A stretch of DNA of 64,000 nucleotides from Enoplolaimus lenunculus (taxonomy: Eukaryota): NCBI GenBank assembly GCA_030248215.1, contig JASANG010002125.1, positions 310,001 through 374,000 of the forward strand, written 5' to 3'. Below the pieces are notes generated by a model. That model ran no database searches and was not told where the DNA came from. It was given only the letters and a program-made list of their open reading frames with translations. Below, one piece after another: positions 1 to 11,609 of this stretch. The position numbers were made by a program, and so were the translations under genes. Every line of letters begins with the position of its first letter. Positions within the stretch are counted from its first letter, which is position 1.

Positions 1-15
1 CAAAAACATAATTAA

Positions 16-993
16 AGCCCTGTTCAATAGTGCAGGTTTTGCAGCAAAAACTCGCACTTGCAACTTGCATCTGCAAGTTTGAACAAATCAAACAACTTTG
101 AAGTTTTCTATAAGTAATTAACAAAAATCACGCCATTAACTTAGTTCGCGCATGTTAACCCAGTACCAAATCGACTGAATTTATTGCAGCAGCATTTTGA
201 TTAGCGAATCAAGAAATTGTGTTGACTTGTTTGATAATTTGCAGGCCATGACTACGGTGACTGGGCTAGCTTTCATCTACTGACCACTAACAAATTAGTT
301 GCCCCGGAGTCAGAATTTTTACCGGGGTCGGGACCGGGGCTGAAACTAAGGCCCCGATTGCGGAGCCGGTACAAACCGGGCCAACGTATATGCGGCGGCT
401 AAAAGTGCAAAATCTATATATTGTGTATTGTGTGCAGCAAACCGTGGGAAATTAAAAAATACCGGTGTGCAGTATATAATTTCTTGTGATTTTCACATTT
501 TTGTAACGAGAACAAAGTCAATTAAGAATCGTTATAAAACTAGTCCCGGTTAGGCCGCAACAAATAACGTGCTGGCCCCGGCCACGGTGCATATATAATA
601 CAAATTCTATAATTTGCAAGCGTTTTCAGCCCAAGAAATTACGAGTAAAGCGAAAGCCTTCATTCCGCGTGATTCTTGAACCTGCAAATTTTGCTAGAAC
701 ATTTGTTTAGAGAACTTACACATACAACTTATTCTGGATGCAATATGCACAATGAATTAGTTCATGTTTCAGCAACCTTACAAGCCGTTGTAACTTAATA
801 TCAATGTCTGAACAGATAATCTACCTGCTTACACTTGATATTTTGTGCACTTCTCTGCAAATTATTCCTATTATTTTATGAAAAGGTTCAGAATGAAAAT
901 AGGATTTCTTTGCAAAAATTTGCAGCTGAAATTTAATCGTGCAAATTGCAGCTGCGAAGTTTCGCTGCAAAACTTGCACGTGTAAACAGGACT
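16..993. mobile_element. PIF/Harbinger-like MITE (family C), enlarged by internal insertions
   Basis: TIR AGCCCTGTTCA...TGCA / TGCACGTGTAAACAGGACT with TAA on both sides. Ends are homologous to the 7764-8037 copy. Confidence 0.6.
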
Positions 994-1392
994 TAACACA
1001 ATTTCAACTTTAAAATAGAAAAACACGCATAACACTAGAAAAGTAAAACGGTAGTTTGAACCTGTATCGCAAAGTTGTACTATTGCACTTCCAAGTTTCC
1101 ATAAAATCTGCCTAATATTATACGTAAGGCCCATCCAACATTACAGGGTACTTCCTCGCACCCACCTAAAAACTAACTAGCTAAATATTTATTCTAAAAC
1201 ATTTTATTCTATCAAAAATTCGCGAGGTTTCTATTCAATTGGGTGTTACCTTACCTGAAAAACCTATTCCAAGCTAACGCAGTTAATTTAACCGAATAAT
1301 GAAAAAACTGATACAAATCTAAGCTGCCAGTTACTTTATTGTAGTAAAAAAGATTGAGATAAATTAACGCTATTGAACTGTCTCATGGCCTT

Positions 1393-2503
1393 CTATACTT
1401 AATGTCACTCACACGTTATAATGCGTGCGCTCCGCACTTGCAGCGACCGTACCGCTTTGAACAGACAGTATACATGTCCATATCGTTTACAAAAAGCAAC
1501 TTTCTTCGAATCACTTGCGGCACAAACTGATGGACATTTACGCGTTTTCGGCAACGATGTAGCCGACAAATTCATAATCCGGAAACAGTATGCAGACTTT
1601 TTTCATTTTGCACGAAATTGAAACTGTGAGGGAGAGTTAAAATTAGGCGGGAAATAACAATTTTAGCGAGAAAATTCAAATTTTGGCGGGAAATTCAAAT
1701 TTTAGCAGGAAAATCAAGCGTTATCGTGAAATTAAAATTTTGGCGGGAGAACTTAAATTTTTGTGCGATAATTTGAATTTTTGTGAGAAATTCAAATTTT
1801 GGGGGAAAAATTCTAATTTTGGCGGGAGAATTTGAATTTTGGCGGGAAATTCAACTTTTTTCGGGACATTCAAATTTTGGCGGGGAAATTTAAATTTTGG
1901 TGGGAACATTCAAGTTTTGGCGGAAATATTCAAATTTTGGCGGGAGAATTTAAATTTTAGCGGGAAATTCAAATTTTGGCGGGAAATTAAAATTTTGCTG
2001 GAGTTTAACTTTTGGTGGCAGAATTTAAATTTTGGCCGCAAATTCTAATTTTGGCGGGAGGATTTAAATTTTGGCGGGGAAATTCAAATTTTGGCGGGAA
2101 ATTCAAATTTTGGCAGGAACATTCATATTTTAACGGGAACATTCAAATTTTAGAGGGAACATTCAAATTGTAGTGGGAGAATTTAAGTTTTAGCGGCAAA
2201 ATCATGTACATTTTGGGGTCGAAATTCAAACGGGAAATCGAAAATTTGGAGAGAAATCTAAATTATGAAGAAACATCATATTTTGCGAAATATAATACTT
2301 TTTTGAGCAAACTATCTATATACCAGACATTAGTTACCTATTGTGCAGTTGAGTGGGACATTCAAGGTAAATATTGACGGTATAAAAATGTCCGCTACAC
2401 CGTCTACGCAAAAGTTGTATAATCCGCGCAGTTAACTATTATTGTAGGACGTTGCGCGAGCGAAGCGCACGCGTTATAACGTGTGAGAGACATAACGTTA
2501 TAG
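1393..2503. mobile_element. ~1.1 kb TIR-bounded non-autonomous element carrying a satellite
   Basis: Left ctatacttaatgtcactcacacgttataatgcgtgcgctccgc matches the reverse complement of right gcgaagcgcacgcgttataacgtgtgagagacataacgttatag (~45 bp imperfect TIR). TSD not resolved. Confidence 0.7.
1640..2260. repeat. Tandem satellite, ~19-20 bp unit (AAATTCAAATTTTGGCGGG)
   Basis: Roughly 30 degenerate head-to-tail copies read directly. Confidence 0.95.
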
Positions 2504-3499
2504 TTTTCTAATTATATTTTATTATAATTTAAAAACTTTTCATTCTAAGACCTTCATTCCAGTTAATTTTAATCCTGTGTTCTTTAATGTTCAACACACT
2601 AGGCTCGTCACAGCACTAAAAGCTATATCTCCGATTATCTTAAATCTGATTTTTGCTTTATATCAAGAACAAAAACTCATCATATAACACACTCATTTGA
2701 TAACCTCTGATTTGAACATTAATATTCACGCCGCCATCACGTTTCGACATTCGTTACATGGTGTTGCGTGAAATTGAATACTCTTGTTTGAACTAAAACT
2801 ACTGTTTTAAACTGTAAAATCCAAATGTAGCTCTAAGACAAAACGCATGCATGCTAATGGTGGCCACCAGGTGGTGTTGAATGATCCTTTGAATTGTACG
2901 AATAAATGGAATTTGTGCTTTAAAGATTTCAGAAAATTCTGACTCTGTCTACCTCCATCACAGATTGTAATTTTATAAAATGTTCTCATATGGCAAATGT
3001 ATGAGAGGAAGGTATTTAATAACGCCGAAGTTTACTGTCGGTTGGTCTGTGCACTACGCGAACACAGCAGCATGATGCAAACCGATCTTGCAAAGGACCG
3101 TACTCCAACTAACTATTAAAATCGACTATTATACGCAGACTACACATATTGTGTCAATGGCAAATTCTTTAGCTTAGAAAAATTTATCTCTGACGAAGTA
3201 CTTCTACTGTGTTTTTGATGTTCTAGTATGAGAATCGCCTAGTGCATGGTTTGGGGCAGCGGCATCTCCCTGTCTGTCTTGCTTTAGTTTCCCTTGAAAT
3301 TGTGCGGTTCAGGGGACGGCAGCCCTCTCCCTGGAACAGTAAGTAACGAAGTGGTGCCCCTTGTACGCTACACACTCAGACACTCTACTGTTGAACGTTC
3401 TTTATATTTTATTGACAAGAAAAAAGAATTGAAAAGTTCCTATTAGCCCGCATTTCAGATGTGCGGTGGAAGGTAAAAAAGTGCCCAAAAACCATTAAA

Positions 3500-3620
3500 A
3501 TTTTAACCCTTTCTCACATGAATATTTTCTATTTCCCCTGACACCTACTTTTATCCTAGGACTCGAACTCCAGTGACTGGAGTGGGAGACGTATTCCATC
3601 ACCACTCAGCTACAGGAGCT
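3500..3620 (-). mobile_element. tRNA-derived SINE-like head (Gly-CCC-like loop)
   Basis: Minus strand AGCTCCTGTAGCTGAGTGGTGATGG...CTCCCAC...GGAGTTCGAGTCC (A and B boxes; cloverleaf imperfect). Confidence 0.5.
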
Positions 3621-4076
3621 TGACGCTCGAGCCCGAGGGGGATCTCACGTCTAGTTGTGATTTAGTACTATGTATACGTGTTGCAATTGTTAAACACGGT
3701 GCGATATATATTATTTAACGTATATGCACTGCGCTGAGTTGCCTATAGGCCACTCAAGAAGGGGTTATAGATAGCAAACTGAAAATTTTTCGCTTAAGCA
3801 GGGTAATATATAGCGGTTATAACCCAAATATACGAATACGATGATCTTTACCTGGATGTCCTTGTACTGCATATTATGTTTTTGAAGCAGTAGCACAACC
3901 ATTGTAATGTAGCACCACAAAATTATTGATAACAAATGATAAACAACGAAAGACATTTTTTACTGAAAAAAATCTACCAAAATGAAGCTCAAATTCTGTT
4001 TATGGAGAACTTCAAACTAACATTTGTAAAAAGTATTTAAAGTTCATCAAAAAGCCAACGTAAAAACGGCTTTTTT

Positions 4077-4399
4077 CATGGTGCAACCGGAGGTGGTACC
4101 AAAACTAGAGATCAAGAAAACTTGTCGGAGCCGGAGACGACCGTAAAAGCCGGAGTCGATGCGAAATTATAGGTAGTTTAAACAATTTTTAATTGGTTAA
4201 TTTTTTATTTTAGGTTTATTTTTAAGAAATCCCGACAATATATTCTCTATGTTGTACGAGAACTTATAGCCAAACACACTGAGAACGGTATAAGTTTTGT
4301 AAAACTAGAAAAAATTTTACTAGCGAAATTGACGAATCTTCCAGAAAAAAATTCGGCCGGCACCGAAGCTGAAGGCAGCCAAGCGCCGGTTGTACCCTG
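4077..4399. mobile_element. hAT-like MITE (family E, CCGGAG-rich)
   Basis: CATGGTGCAACCGG ... CCGGTTGTACCCTG; TSD GCTTTTTT/GTTTTTTG (6/8). Confidence 0.7.
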
Positions 4400-4834
4400 G
4401 TTTTTTGGTCACTCAACAGCATAGATTTGCGTTAATGTATATTTACCTAGCCAAAAAATGAACCAAACTCTATTTAACACATGTAAAGCCTATGCCTTAG
4501 CTAGATGCCTAAAGAATATATAAAAAAGAACAATTAATAGTCTAAATCTTAAGCTTACTCCATTGCAGTCCCGCATATACCATTTAAATATTTTAATCTA
4601 AAAGGTTATTCTGCAGGTTTTTAAGCGTTTTATCTAAAAAATTTCAGTAGGATAATTTTTCCTTGCTCCCCTTGTGTATCAAAGATGAAGGTGTGCTCAT
4701 ATTATCTATACATCACTTCATTATTTATTGGAGATTATTTATTTAATGTTAACAGTAGTGTCATTGAAATCTTGACAGACAAATCTGCTTAGACATTTAT
4801 TTATGCAGGTTAACCTGTTATCAAATACCAATAC

Positions 4835-5083
4835 GGGTGCGCTATACTTTTGTTGACGTCCGGCGCCGTCCGTTACCTTGCGTCACCCGTGCGGTATCGT
4901 CCGTCTCTGTGCGTCACCCGTCCGGCGCCGTCCGTCACTTAACGGTATTATATGTGCGCAATTTGCGTACGACAACTCACCGTGGCGTATAACGCCGGGC
5001 GATGCCCGACATCGCCGTACGGGTGACGCACAGTGACGGACGATAACGAACGGCTCCACACGACGAGTATTAAAGCGCCACCC
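4835..5083. mobile_element. GC-rich palindromic MITE (family D)
   Basis: GGGTGCGCTATACT ... AGTATTAAAGCGCCACCC with internal CCGTC/GACGG motifs. Confidence 0.7.
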
Positions 5084-5421
5084 ATATTCTGTCCATATAC
5101 CAACAGTCACAACGGCGTATTCAAAAAAGGATCCACAGACCCATTGACACGTCACTGGATTCGGAACGTAGTTGGGATTTTATTTCAGGACACATCGCCG
5201 TATCATTTAACAGTTTTTTGCATGCCAGCATAGCAAACCAAAAAATCTTTTTGACCTTTAAGATCCAGCAAATTTGTTCTAAAGCTGTATAATAGAGTCG
5301 TTTTTTATCCTGTTTCTAGATTAATTTCAATTGACTATATCCGCTTTGTTTCAAATTCAGAAACTTCGCAAGATATATCTCTTATATCTTTGTACCAACC
5401 ATTAACTGGTAGGCGTTTTTG

Positions 5422-5687
5422 TCAACCACAGACGAGCCTCCAACTGATAGAAAGGCATAAGGTAACCAAGGCAGCAATCAGAAGTATAATCCACAATGCA
5501 GGCGACGTATGGTTGATTATCACAGTCCGATGTTGTCTGTTGCATAGAGTCGATCCTGAACAAGTACATTCGCGAATTTCTACCCGTCTCATTGGAGTCA
5601 TACAGCGGTAATGGGTAGCGGGTTGGTTTTTGAGCGCATTCCCTGGGAGCAGATGTTCGGCGCAACCGCGGATAACGTAAGGGTCAC
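5422..5687 (-). CDS. Ly6/uPAR (three-finger) family protein, ODR-2/HOT- or quiver/sleepless-like; last exon with C-terminal half of LU domain and hydrophobic GPI-signal-like tail
   Basis: Acceptor acatttcag|GT at 5688/5687. Encodes GDPYVIRGC...YRCM...RECTCSGSTLCN (terminal CN motif) followed by ALWIILLIAALVTLCLSISW. Confidence 0.85.
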
Positions 5688-5726
5688 CTGAAATGTAGAT
5701 ATCCACGCCCTTAGCTGCTTTATGTA

Positions 5727-5878
5727 CACTGCAAATTCTAGTGAATTGACATTAACTCATTCATAAACTCGTCCGGAATCAACTCAACTCACAGTGAATT
5801 AATGTTTAGTGAAATATTAATTCAGAAATAACTAACTTTCTAACTGAGTTCATTAATTAACTCATTGGTACTACAGTG
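5727..5878. mobile_element. CACTG-ended MITE (family F, ACTCA-rich), in Ly6 intron
   Basis: TA|CACTGCAAATT ... CTACAGTG|TA. Confidence 0.6.
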
Positions 5879-6363
5879 TATTGGCAATTTATAAGAAATT
5901 GCATTGATTTAAATACGCAACACAGCTATTAACGGCAGGAAAGCCAAGGGCTTTGAAGCCTGTCAATATTTTGTCTTTTAACTGCGTTGCTTTTACGTCA
6001 GCAAATTTAGCAGACCAAACTGATCGATGTATATGCATTTCACTTAGGCTTATAGGTTCTGGCCTCCGGCTTACGTTTCGAAAAACACAAACCCTTAAGC
6101 AAAGGTTTAAGACTAGGTTTAGGCCCAGGCATAGGTTTCAAAACACGCTCAATACGCCTAAGCCTTTGCTTAAAGTGTTTACCTAAACCTATGCGTGAGG
6201 CTAAGCCTAATCGCAAGTCTTAATAATATATGGGAATAACAGTAAAAATCCTAAGGATCTATCAACGATTACGACTGTACTATACGTTAGAATTCTTCGT
6301 TCTAAAAACGAAACTCTGTCTTCAAATCCATCCGGATACGCCTTAAAATACACAAGCATTTAC

Positions 6364-6582
6364 CTTCGTAATCGTCGGCTTTCAACTCGTAACAAGTCGG
6401 ATGTGTACAACGAACTTTGGAAATATACGTATAATTCGTAGGATTATCACAGTCGTCCACAATGGGGATTGTCGCGTCTGGCCATGTCACCAAACGAGCA
6501 TTCATCAGCGTTTGCAGTGAATCGCGCATTTCTTTGTTTTCTAACGCACTCAATGGACTTACGCATTGGTAGCACATGAAAC
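6364..6582 (-). CDS. Ly6/uPAR family protein, exon with N-terminal half of LU domain
   Basis: Acceptor tgtttcag|GT and donor GAAG|gtaaat, both phase 1. Encodes FMCYQC...DDCDNP...VRCTHPTCYEL. With the next exon it gives the 10-Cys LU pattern with a long insert between Cys2 and Cys3. Confidence 0.85.
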
Positions 6583-6614
6583 CTGAAACAGTTTTGGCAG
6601 AATAAAAATGCAGT

Positions 6615-6862
6615 CACTGTAACTTCCTGTGATTTGATGTTAATTCAAAATGAGTTCAATCACTGAGTCTGAATTAGGTCTTTTAAAACTCAGAATTTTC
6701 GAAAAATTGATTGAACTTGTTTTGAGTTAATGATTCAAGTCAGTGGAATTTAATAATCAGCTCAGAATGAGTTAATGTTTACTGTTATTAACTTAGAAAT
6801 AATCCGAAATGACTAATTTGTTTTCTGAGTTGATTAATCAACTCACACTGGAATTTACTGTA
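6615..6862. mobile_element. CACTG-ended MITE (family F), in Ly6 intron
   Basis: Homologous to 8251-8496 (reverse) and 56609-56865; shared GAGTTAATGTTTACTG and TTGATTAATCAA blocks. Confidence 0.65.
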
Positions 6863-6985
6863 TGGGGCATTTGTGGAAGGTTTAAGAATATCAAACCATG
6901 CCCGCAACTTGGAATTGTTAACCTAGAAAGACAAAGGTTTTCAAAAATGCAAAAAGATTAACAGATATCAAATAATAAAGTGTAC

Positions 6986-7033
6986 CTGGTTCTTCTGTTT
7001 GTTCAACGATTGCAGTGTCTTCTTGTGGCATAC
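6986..7033 (-). CDS. Ly6 family protein, 48-nt internal exon (MPQEDTAIVEQTEEP)
   Basis: Acceptor gtgttttag|GT and donor CCAG|gtaca; phase 1/1, open frame, joins in frame to GFMCYQC. Confidence 0.65.
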
Positions 7034-7262
7034 CTAAAACACAACTGGAGCTAATTAGGTGGATTTGCAGAAGAGCGAAGGTTTTAAAATTTTTAATTTT
7101 GCAGAAATCTGGAATTTACACTTGTTCTACCGTTCCGTTGCTTTTGGCTTCTAGCTCGTTTTTCTGTTGCGATCCAGCTAGGCAACCTATAACGTTTTTT
7201 GATGCCGACAAGGATACGCTTTAAATCTGTCATTGTTTGTAGTCTAGTTTCCAGTTTCTTCC

Positions 7263-7441
7263 GGCCATGTTACTTTTAGGTCCGTCCCGGTTTCTGGTGG
7301 GTCTGTAAAAAGAGCAGGCTTAAATTCTAGACTACAATATTTGCTTAGGCTTAGACATACACTGTTTCAACGATTAGGCTTAGAGTTAGGCTTAGGATTA
7401 AACTTAATTTACTGTTATTGCGCCTAAAAGTAACATTGGCC
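7263..7441. mobile_element. TTAGGC-carrying MITE family B (sister of A)
   Basis: TIR GGCCATGTTACTTTTAGG / CCTAAAAGTAACATTGGCC; internal CCGGTTTCTGGTGGGTCTG and TTAGGC runs. TSD not recognisable. Confidence 0.75.
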
Positions 7442-7444
7442 CAC

Positions 7445-7601
7445 CTTGAAGCCACCACGGTGTTTTAGTTGATAGCTTAGGTTCGTCATGCCTTCGATTT
7501 TCATTCGCTTGTATTTTTCCATTGACAAAACGCGTTGAGCAAATCAAAATAGAGAAAATTTTGAGCACAGAATTAATATATTCAGCGTCGTACAGCTTCA
7601 T
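7445..7601 (-). CDS. Ly6 family protein, putative first exon with weak signal peptide (MKLYDAEYINSVLKIFSILICSTRFVNG...)
   Basis: ATG at 7601, hydrophobic stretch, phase-1 donor CAAG|gtg at 7445/7444. The four-exon CDS is 690 nt (229 aa). Alternative first exons are not excluded. Confidence 0.4.
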
Positions 7602-7763
7602 ATTAAGCTATAATTCAGAGCGATTTATCATAGATTATTTGTTTGCTTGCGATAATTGTTTAGCAATTAATATATAACAAATATAACGCAACGAAATGAA
7701 CTTTGACAATCAGTAGTTCTTAATTTTTGATGTAAAGACAGTATTTGGCAATTTTTTTGATTA

Positions 7764-8037
7764 AGCCCTATTCACACGTGCAAGTTTTTGTTGCGAAAAC
7801 TTGCAGCTTCAATGTGCACTTGCAAGTTTTGTTCAAAATCCCGTTCAAAAAACGTGCAGCTGCAAATAATTCATTAAAAATCAAAGCTAGGAATTTAGTT
7901 CACATGTGTGAATAACCATGCACGTTCAGTGAATTTATTACATCCTTTTTCTCTTTGGCTGTTGAAAAATGCATGTTCAGCGTGCAATTTGCAGCTGCAA
8001 GTTCTCGTAGTAAAAACTTGCACGTATGAATAGGGCT
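7764..8037. mobile_element. PIF/Harbinger-like MITE (family C)
   Basis: TIR AGCCCTATTCACACGTGCAAGTTTTT / AAAAACTTGCACGTATGAATAGGGCT; 3-bp TSD TTA/TTA. Confidence 0.8.
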
Positions 8038-8250
8038 TTAAAATAGTAGTTTGAATTATATAAAACAGCATTAAAAGAATTCTATGTTAGAAAAATGTTT
8101 TAAATGTCTCTTCAACACTTGCAATTGCAATGAAAAATCCAATACTATTGGTATCTGTGGATCTGGTTTCCAATTGACCAAAATACCAAGGATTCTTTCG
8201 ATTAATTTGTGAGAGCCAATTTTTAAAGTATCAAACATTTTTAGTATCTT

Positions 8251-8496
8251 AACTGTAAATAAAGTTGATTAATCAATTCAGCTAGCTACTTGGTTACGTG
8301 TGAATTACTATCAGTAAACATTAACTCACTCTGGATTAAGTTGATTTCCACTCTGAGTTGAGCTGACTACGGATGAGTTGGTTAATTACTCAGAATGAAT
8401 TGAATCAACTTAAAATTTTGAGTTCTGATAGTCCTTACTCAGACTGACTGTTTCACCTCATTCTGTGTTAAAGTCAACTCACTGAATTTTACAGCG
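8251..8496. mobile_element. CACTG-ended MITE (family F)
   Basis: Reverse complement of the 56609-56865 copy. Confidence 0.7.
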
Positions 8497-8697
8497 CTGG
8501 GTTGTGTATGGCATCGTTATTACTATCCTGGTGGTTTATGTAAGTTAACAAGGGGACACCACGAAGGTATAAAATAGTTTGCGCTCGCTCCGCTTGCTCG
8601 CGAAGTAATTTTAGAAAAAATTAAACGGGTCGAAATGAAATTAATAAATTTGCATTCTACAATGATCATTCGCGTTTATCATGTATTACCATATTTG

Positions 8698-8897
8698 GGC
8701 CCATCTAAAGATCAGGGACGGAACATTATTCTGTGGCAGTAGAAAAGAATAAGCTTAAGCTTTAGACTATTTTTTGCTTGGCTTAGGCTTAGATTTAGGC
8801 TTAGGAATATGCTCATTCTTACACTTAGGCTAAGGCTTAGGCTTAGGCTTAGGAATATGCGTATAATACTGTTCCGCTACTGTTCTTTACATGGGCC
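8698..8897. mobile_element. TTAGGC-carrying MITE family A (Merlin-like)
   Basis: TIR GGCCCATCTAAAGATCAGG..GGAAC / GTTCC..CTGTTCTTTACATGGGCC; TSD CATATTTG/CATATTTC; internal TTAGGC runs. Confidence 0.85.
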
Positions 8898-9417
8898 CAT
8901 ATTTCCAACCAAAGATAACGGCAGCTTTGTATATCATAAAACATAAGTATGTGGTTTCAAAAATATTTTTACGGAACAAAAAGTTTGTTGTGTGTTCAAA
9001 GAAAATCGGTGTTAATTGGCAAAATTTTAAAATAAACAAAACGATAGCGCGATTCCTTCAAACAATTAACAAACCATCTTGTAAGTAAAGGGCAAGTGCT
9101 GAGCAAAGCGGACGCAATCGGAGTCGGCTGACTGAAAAAAATTGAATCATGCACACACCCACGACTAAAATCGGCCCTTGTACATTTCAGGCCGGGATAG
9201 CCAGCTCACCGTGCTAGGAGGGGCGAATGTTTTTAGGAGGTGCATACAAGGTTTTTGATGACTTAAAAGCAAGGTTGAAAGTAATCTTGAAGAGACCAAA
9301 ATACTTCCGTATCGGAGGGGCAGAGCCCGCGTCCTGTTTTGGCTACAGGCCATCTGCTCGTCCCCCTACATTTCAAGTTGAGGCTAGGCTCAGGCTTACG
9401 CTTAGGAAAAGGCTCAT

Positions 9418-9670
9418 GGTTGCGCTATACTCGAAGTATAGGCGCCGTCCGTCACCGTGCATCATCCCATACGGCGCCGTCCGACGCCCGTACGGCAGCG
9501 TCTGTCACCCGTACAGCGCCGTCCCTCACCCGTACGTCGCCGTCCGTCGCCGTCCCTCACCCGTACGTCGCCGTCCGTCGCCGTCCCTCACCCGTACGTC
9601 GCCGTCCGTCACCGTCCCTCACCATACATTAGCGTACGTGAGTTATTTGCATACGATACCGCACGTTGAA
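9418..9670. mobile_element. Family D MITE with internal 31-bp minisatellite
   Basis: GGTTGCGCTATACT start; tandem CCGTCCCTCACCCGTACGTCGCCGTCCGTCG at ~9520-9620. Confidence 0.7.
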
Positions 9671-10207
9671 TGTTGTATAGGTCATTAGCACTAAAATGGC
9701 GTTTGGCTTCTCACTCTCACGTCGCTCTGCAAGCTCTCGTTCACTACATATTGCGAACCCACTTTGTAAAATCTCAAGATCCGCGATGTGGCACAGTTTG
9801 CCGAAACTTTGTTTCGCTTCATAAAACCTAATGGTAAATTTAGTCGAAAAAGCTTACAAGTGGGTACGATGCCACGAGTGTATTGTCAACGACATTCGTT
9901 GAAATTGCAAAAAGAGTCTTCCTAGGCAAACTAGGTTCAGCCTAAATGGCAGGATCCAATTTGGCTCGTCGTTGGTTGCGACACTGAATCACGAAGGCGC
10001 AAATTACTTAATGAGTATTGATGGATTGTTGGATTCCAGCAAAAGTTTACCTCTCATATTTGACTGGAGTACACAACACCAGGCATTGACGATGCTACTA
10101 CGAAACATTCAAACGTGATAAAAACTCAAATATGCAAAAATTTATTAAAAATGACAATTTTTGGGTTATGACAATAGTGGCAAATAACGGGAGCAAATCC
10201 TTTCTAA

Positions 10208-10347
10208 GGGTTGAGCTGTACTTTACGGTGCCGGACGCAGCCGCACGTCGCTATGCGTTGCTAGACAAAAAATAGGCAAATGCTATTTGGTGGCACGCGG
10301 TGGCGTGCTGTGGCGTCCGGTGGTGCGCAGCGAGTATAACGCAACCC
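10208..10347. mobile_element. Short family D-like palindromic MITE
   Basis: GGGTTGAGCTGTACT / AGTATAACGCAACCC; flanks TAA/TTA. Confidence 0.7.
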
Positions 10348-10355
10348 TTAGAATG

Positions 10356-10749
10356 CAGGGTGCATCCGGAGGTGAAAAATTGTACGACCGGAGACGGAGA
10401 CGGAGGTCAACCAACTTGCCGGCGCCCGAGACCGGATTCGTAGGTGAGGCGAAACTAGGTAGTAAAAATAATGGTTAACTACTTTATTTTAGCCAATATC
10501 TGCAATATATATTGTCATGTTGTTTGGTTTTACGCTAATTGTGGGCGAAAATTCAGAAATTCTTTGCGGAAAATTGTGCCAAAAGTAAAACGAAACGCGC
10601 TAAACACATAAATTTTGCAAAATTATGCAAAATTTTCCTACCGAAATTGCTGGAACATCCGAAAAGAATTCTACCGCAGTTGGAGCCGAAGTCAAAGGCC
10701 AATTTTATACTGGAGCCGGAGCCGGAGGCAGACCTCGGGTTGTACCCTG
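10356..10749. mobile_element. hAT-like MITE (family E)
   Basis: TIR CAGGGTGCATCCGG / CGGGTTGTACCCTG; 8-bp TSD TTAGAATG/TTAGAATA. Confidence 0.8.
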
Positions 10750-11095
10750 TTAGAATACAACACCTTCGTCTAAAAACAACAAAAAACGCAACGAAATTTA
10801 CATGAACATAAAGTAAATTGTTCATATTTTCAAACACACTATAACACAGCGATATTTTGTTGTAGAGAAGACGGGAAAAGCACCCACCCCAACCGTGTAA
10901 AAATGTTATAACACAAAAATACTATAACTGAAAATTAACGTTGTTGTATGCGTTATACACAGTGTGAGTGCGAGTTGAAAATTTTTGACTAGTGTTGAAA
11001 GTTTGAAACTGTAAACAGTAAACATTACGCTGAGCATTAATATAAAGGGTAAACAATATATCAACCGTATGTATGGTACCATTGTTAACTCTTAA

Positions 11096-11520
11096 GGGTT
11101 GCGCTATACTTGTCGTGCGGCCCTGTCCGTCACCCGTACGGCGCCGCTCATCACCGCATGGAATGGACCGTTAGAAATTCGCGTACAATACTGTACTGTG
11201 ACGTACGGGGATAGACGATGCCGTACGGGTAACAGACGGCGCCGTCCGGGTGACGGACGGCGCCGTCCGGGTAACAGACGGCGCCGTCCGGGTGACGGAC
11301 GGCGTTGTACAGGTGACGAACGGGGACAGATGGCGCGACGGAATGGCGCAGCCGTCGTCAAAGCTACAATACTATCGTTAAGATGGCGCTATGCTTTGAA
11401 AATTTTGTACTGTCTTCCGTCGCTGCCTGTCACCGTACGTCACCGTTCGCTGCTGTGCGTCACCACAATATCACGCGTCGTTCGGCGGCGGACGGCGTCG
11501 GCCGACAAATATTGCACCAC
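11096..11520. mobile_element. Family D MITE with internal 21/42-bp tandem repeat
   Basis: GGGTTGCGCTATACTTGTCG ... CGACAAATATTGCACCAC; GACGGCGCCGTCCGGGT repeats at ~11230-11310. Confidence 0.7.
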
Positions 11521-11609
11521 TAGTACAGTTGTTATTTGGATTGACTCAACCGAAGCAGTAGGTAAACTCATGAAAATCTGATCATATTTTGATCATCGAA
11601 TCTGTGTGA

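Noticed and set aside
1721..2048. ORFs within the 19-20 bp satellite
   Set aside because: Repeat-derived, no splice or homology support.
8698..8897. TTAGGC runs as a true telomere or chromosome-fusion scar
   Set aside because: Runs are short, in both orientations across the window, and in the clear cases bounded by TIRs and TSDs.
9227..9688. RRRPSP-repeat ORFs (also 11099-11581) resembling SR or protamine proteins
   Set aside because: Translations of GC-rich minisatellites inside family D MITEs; open in several frames.
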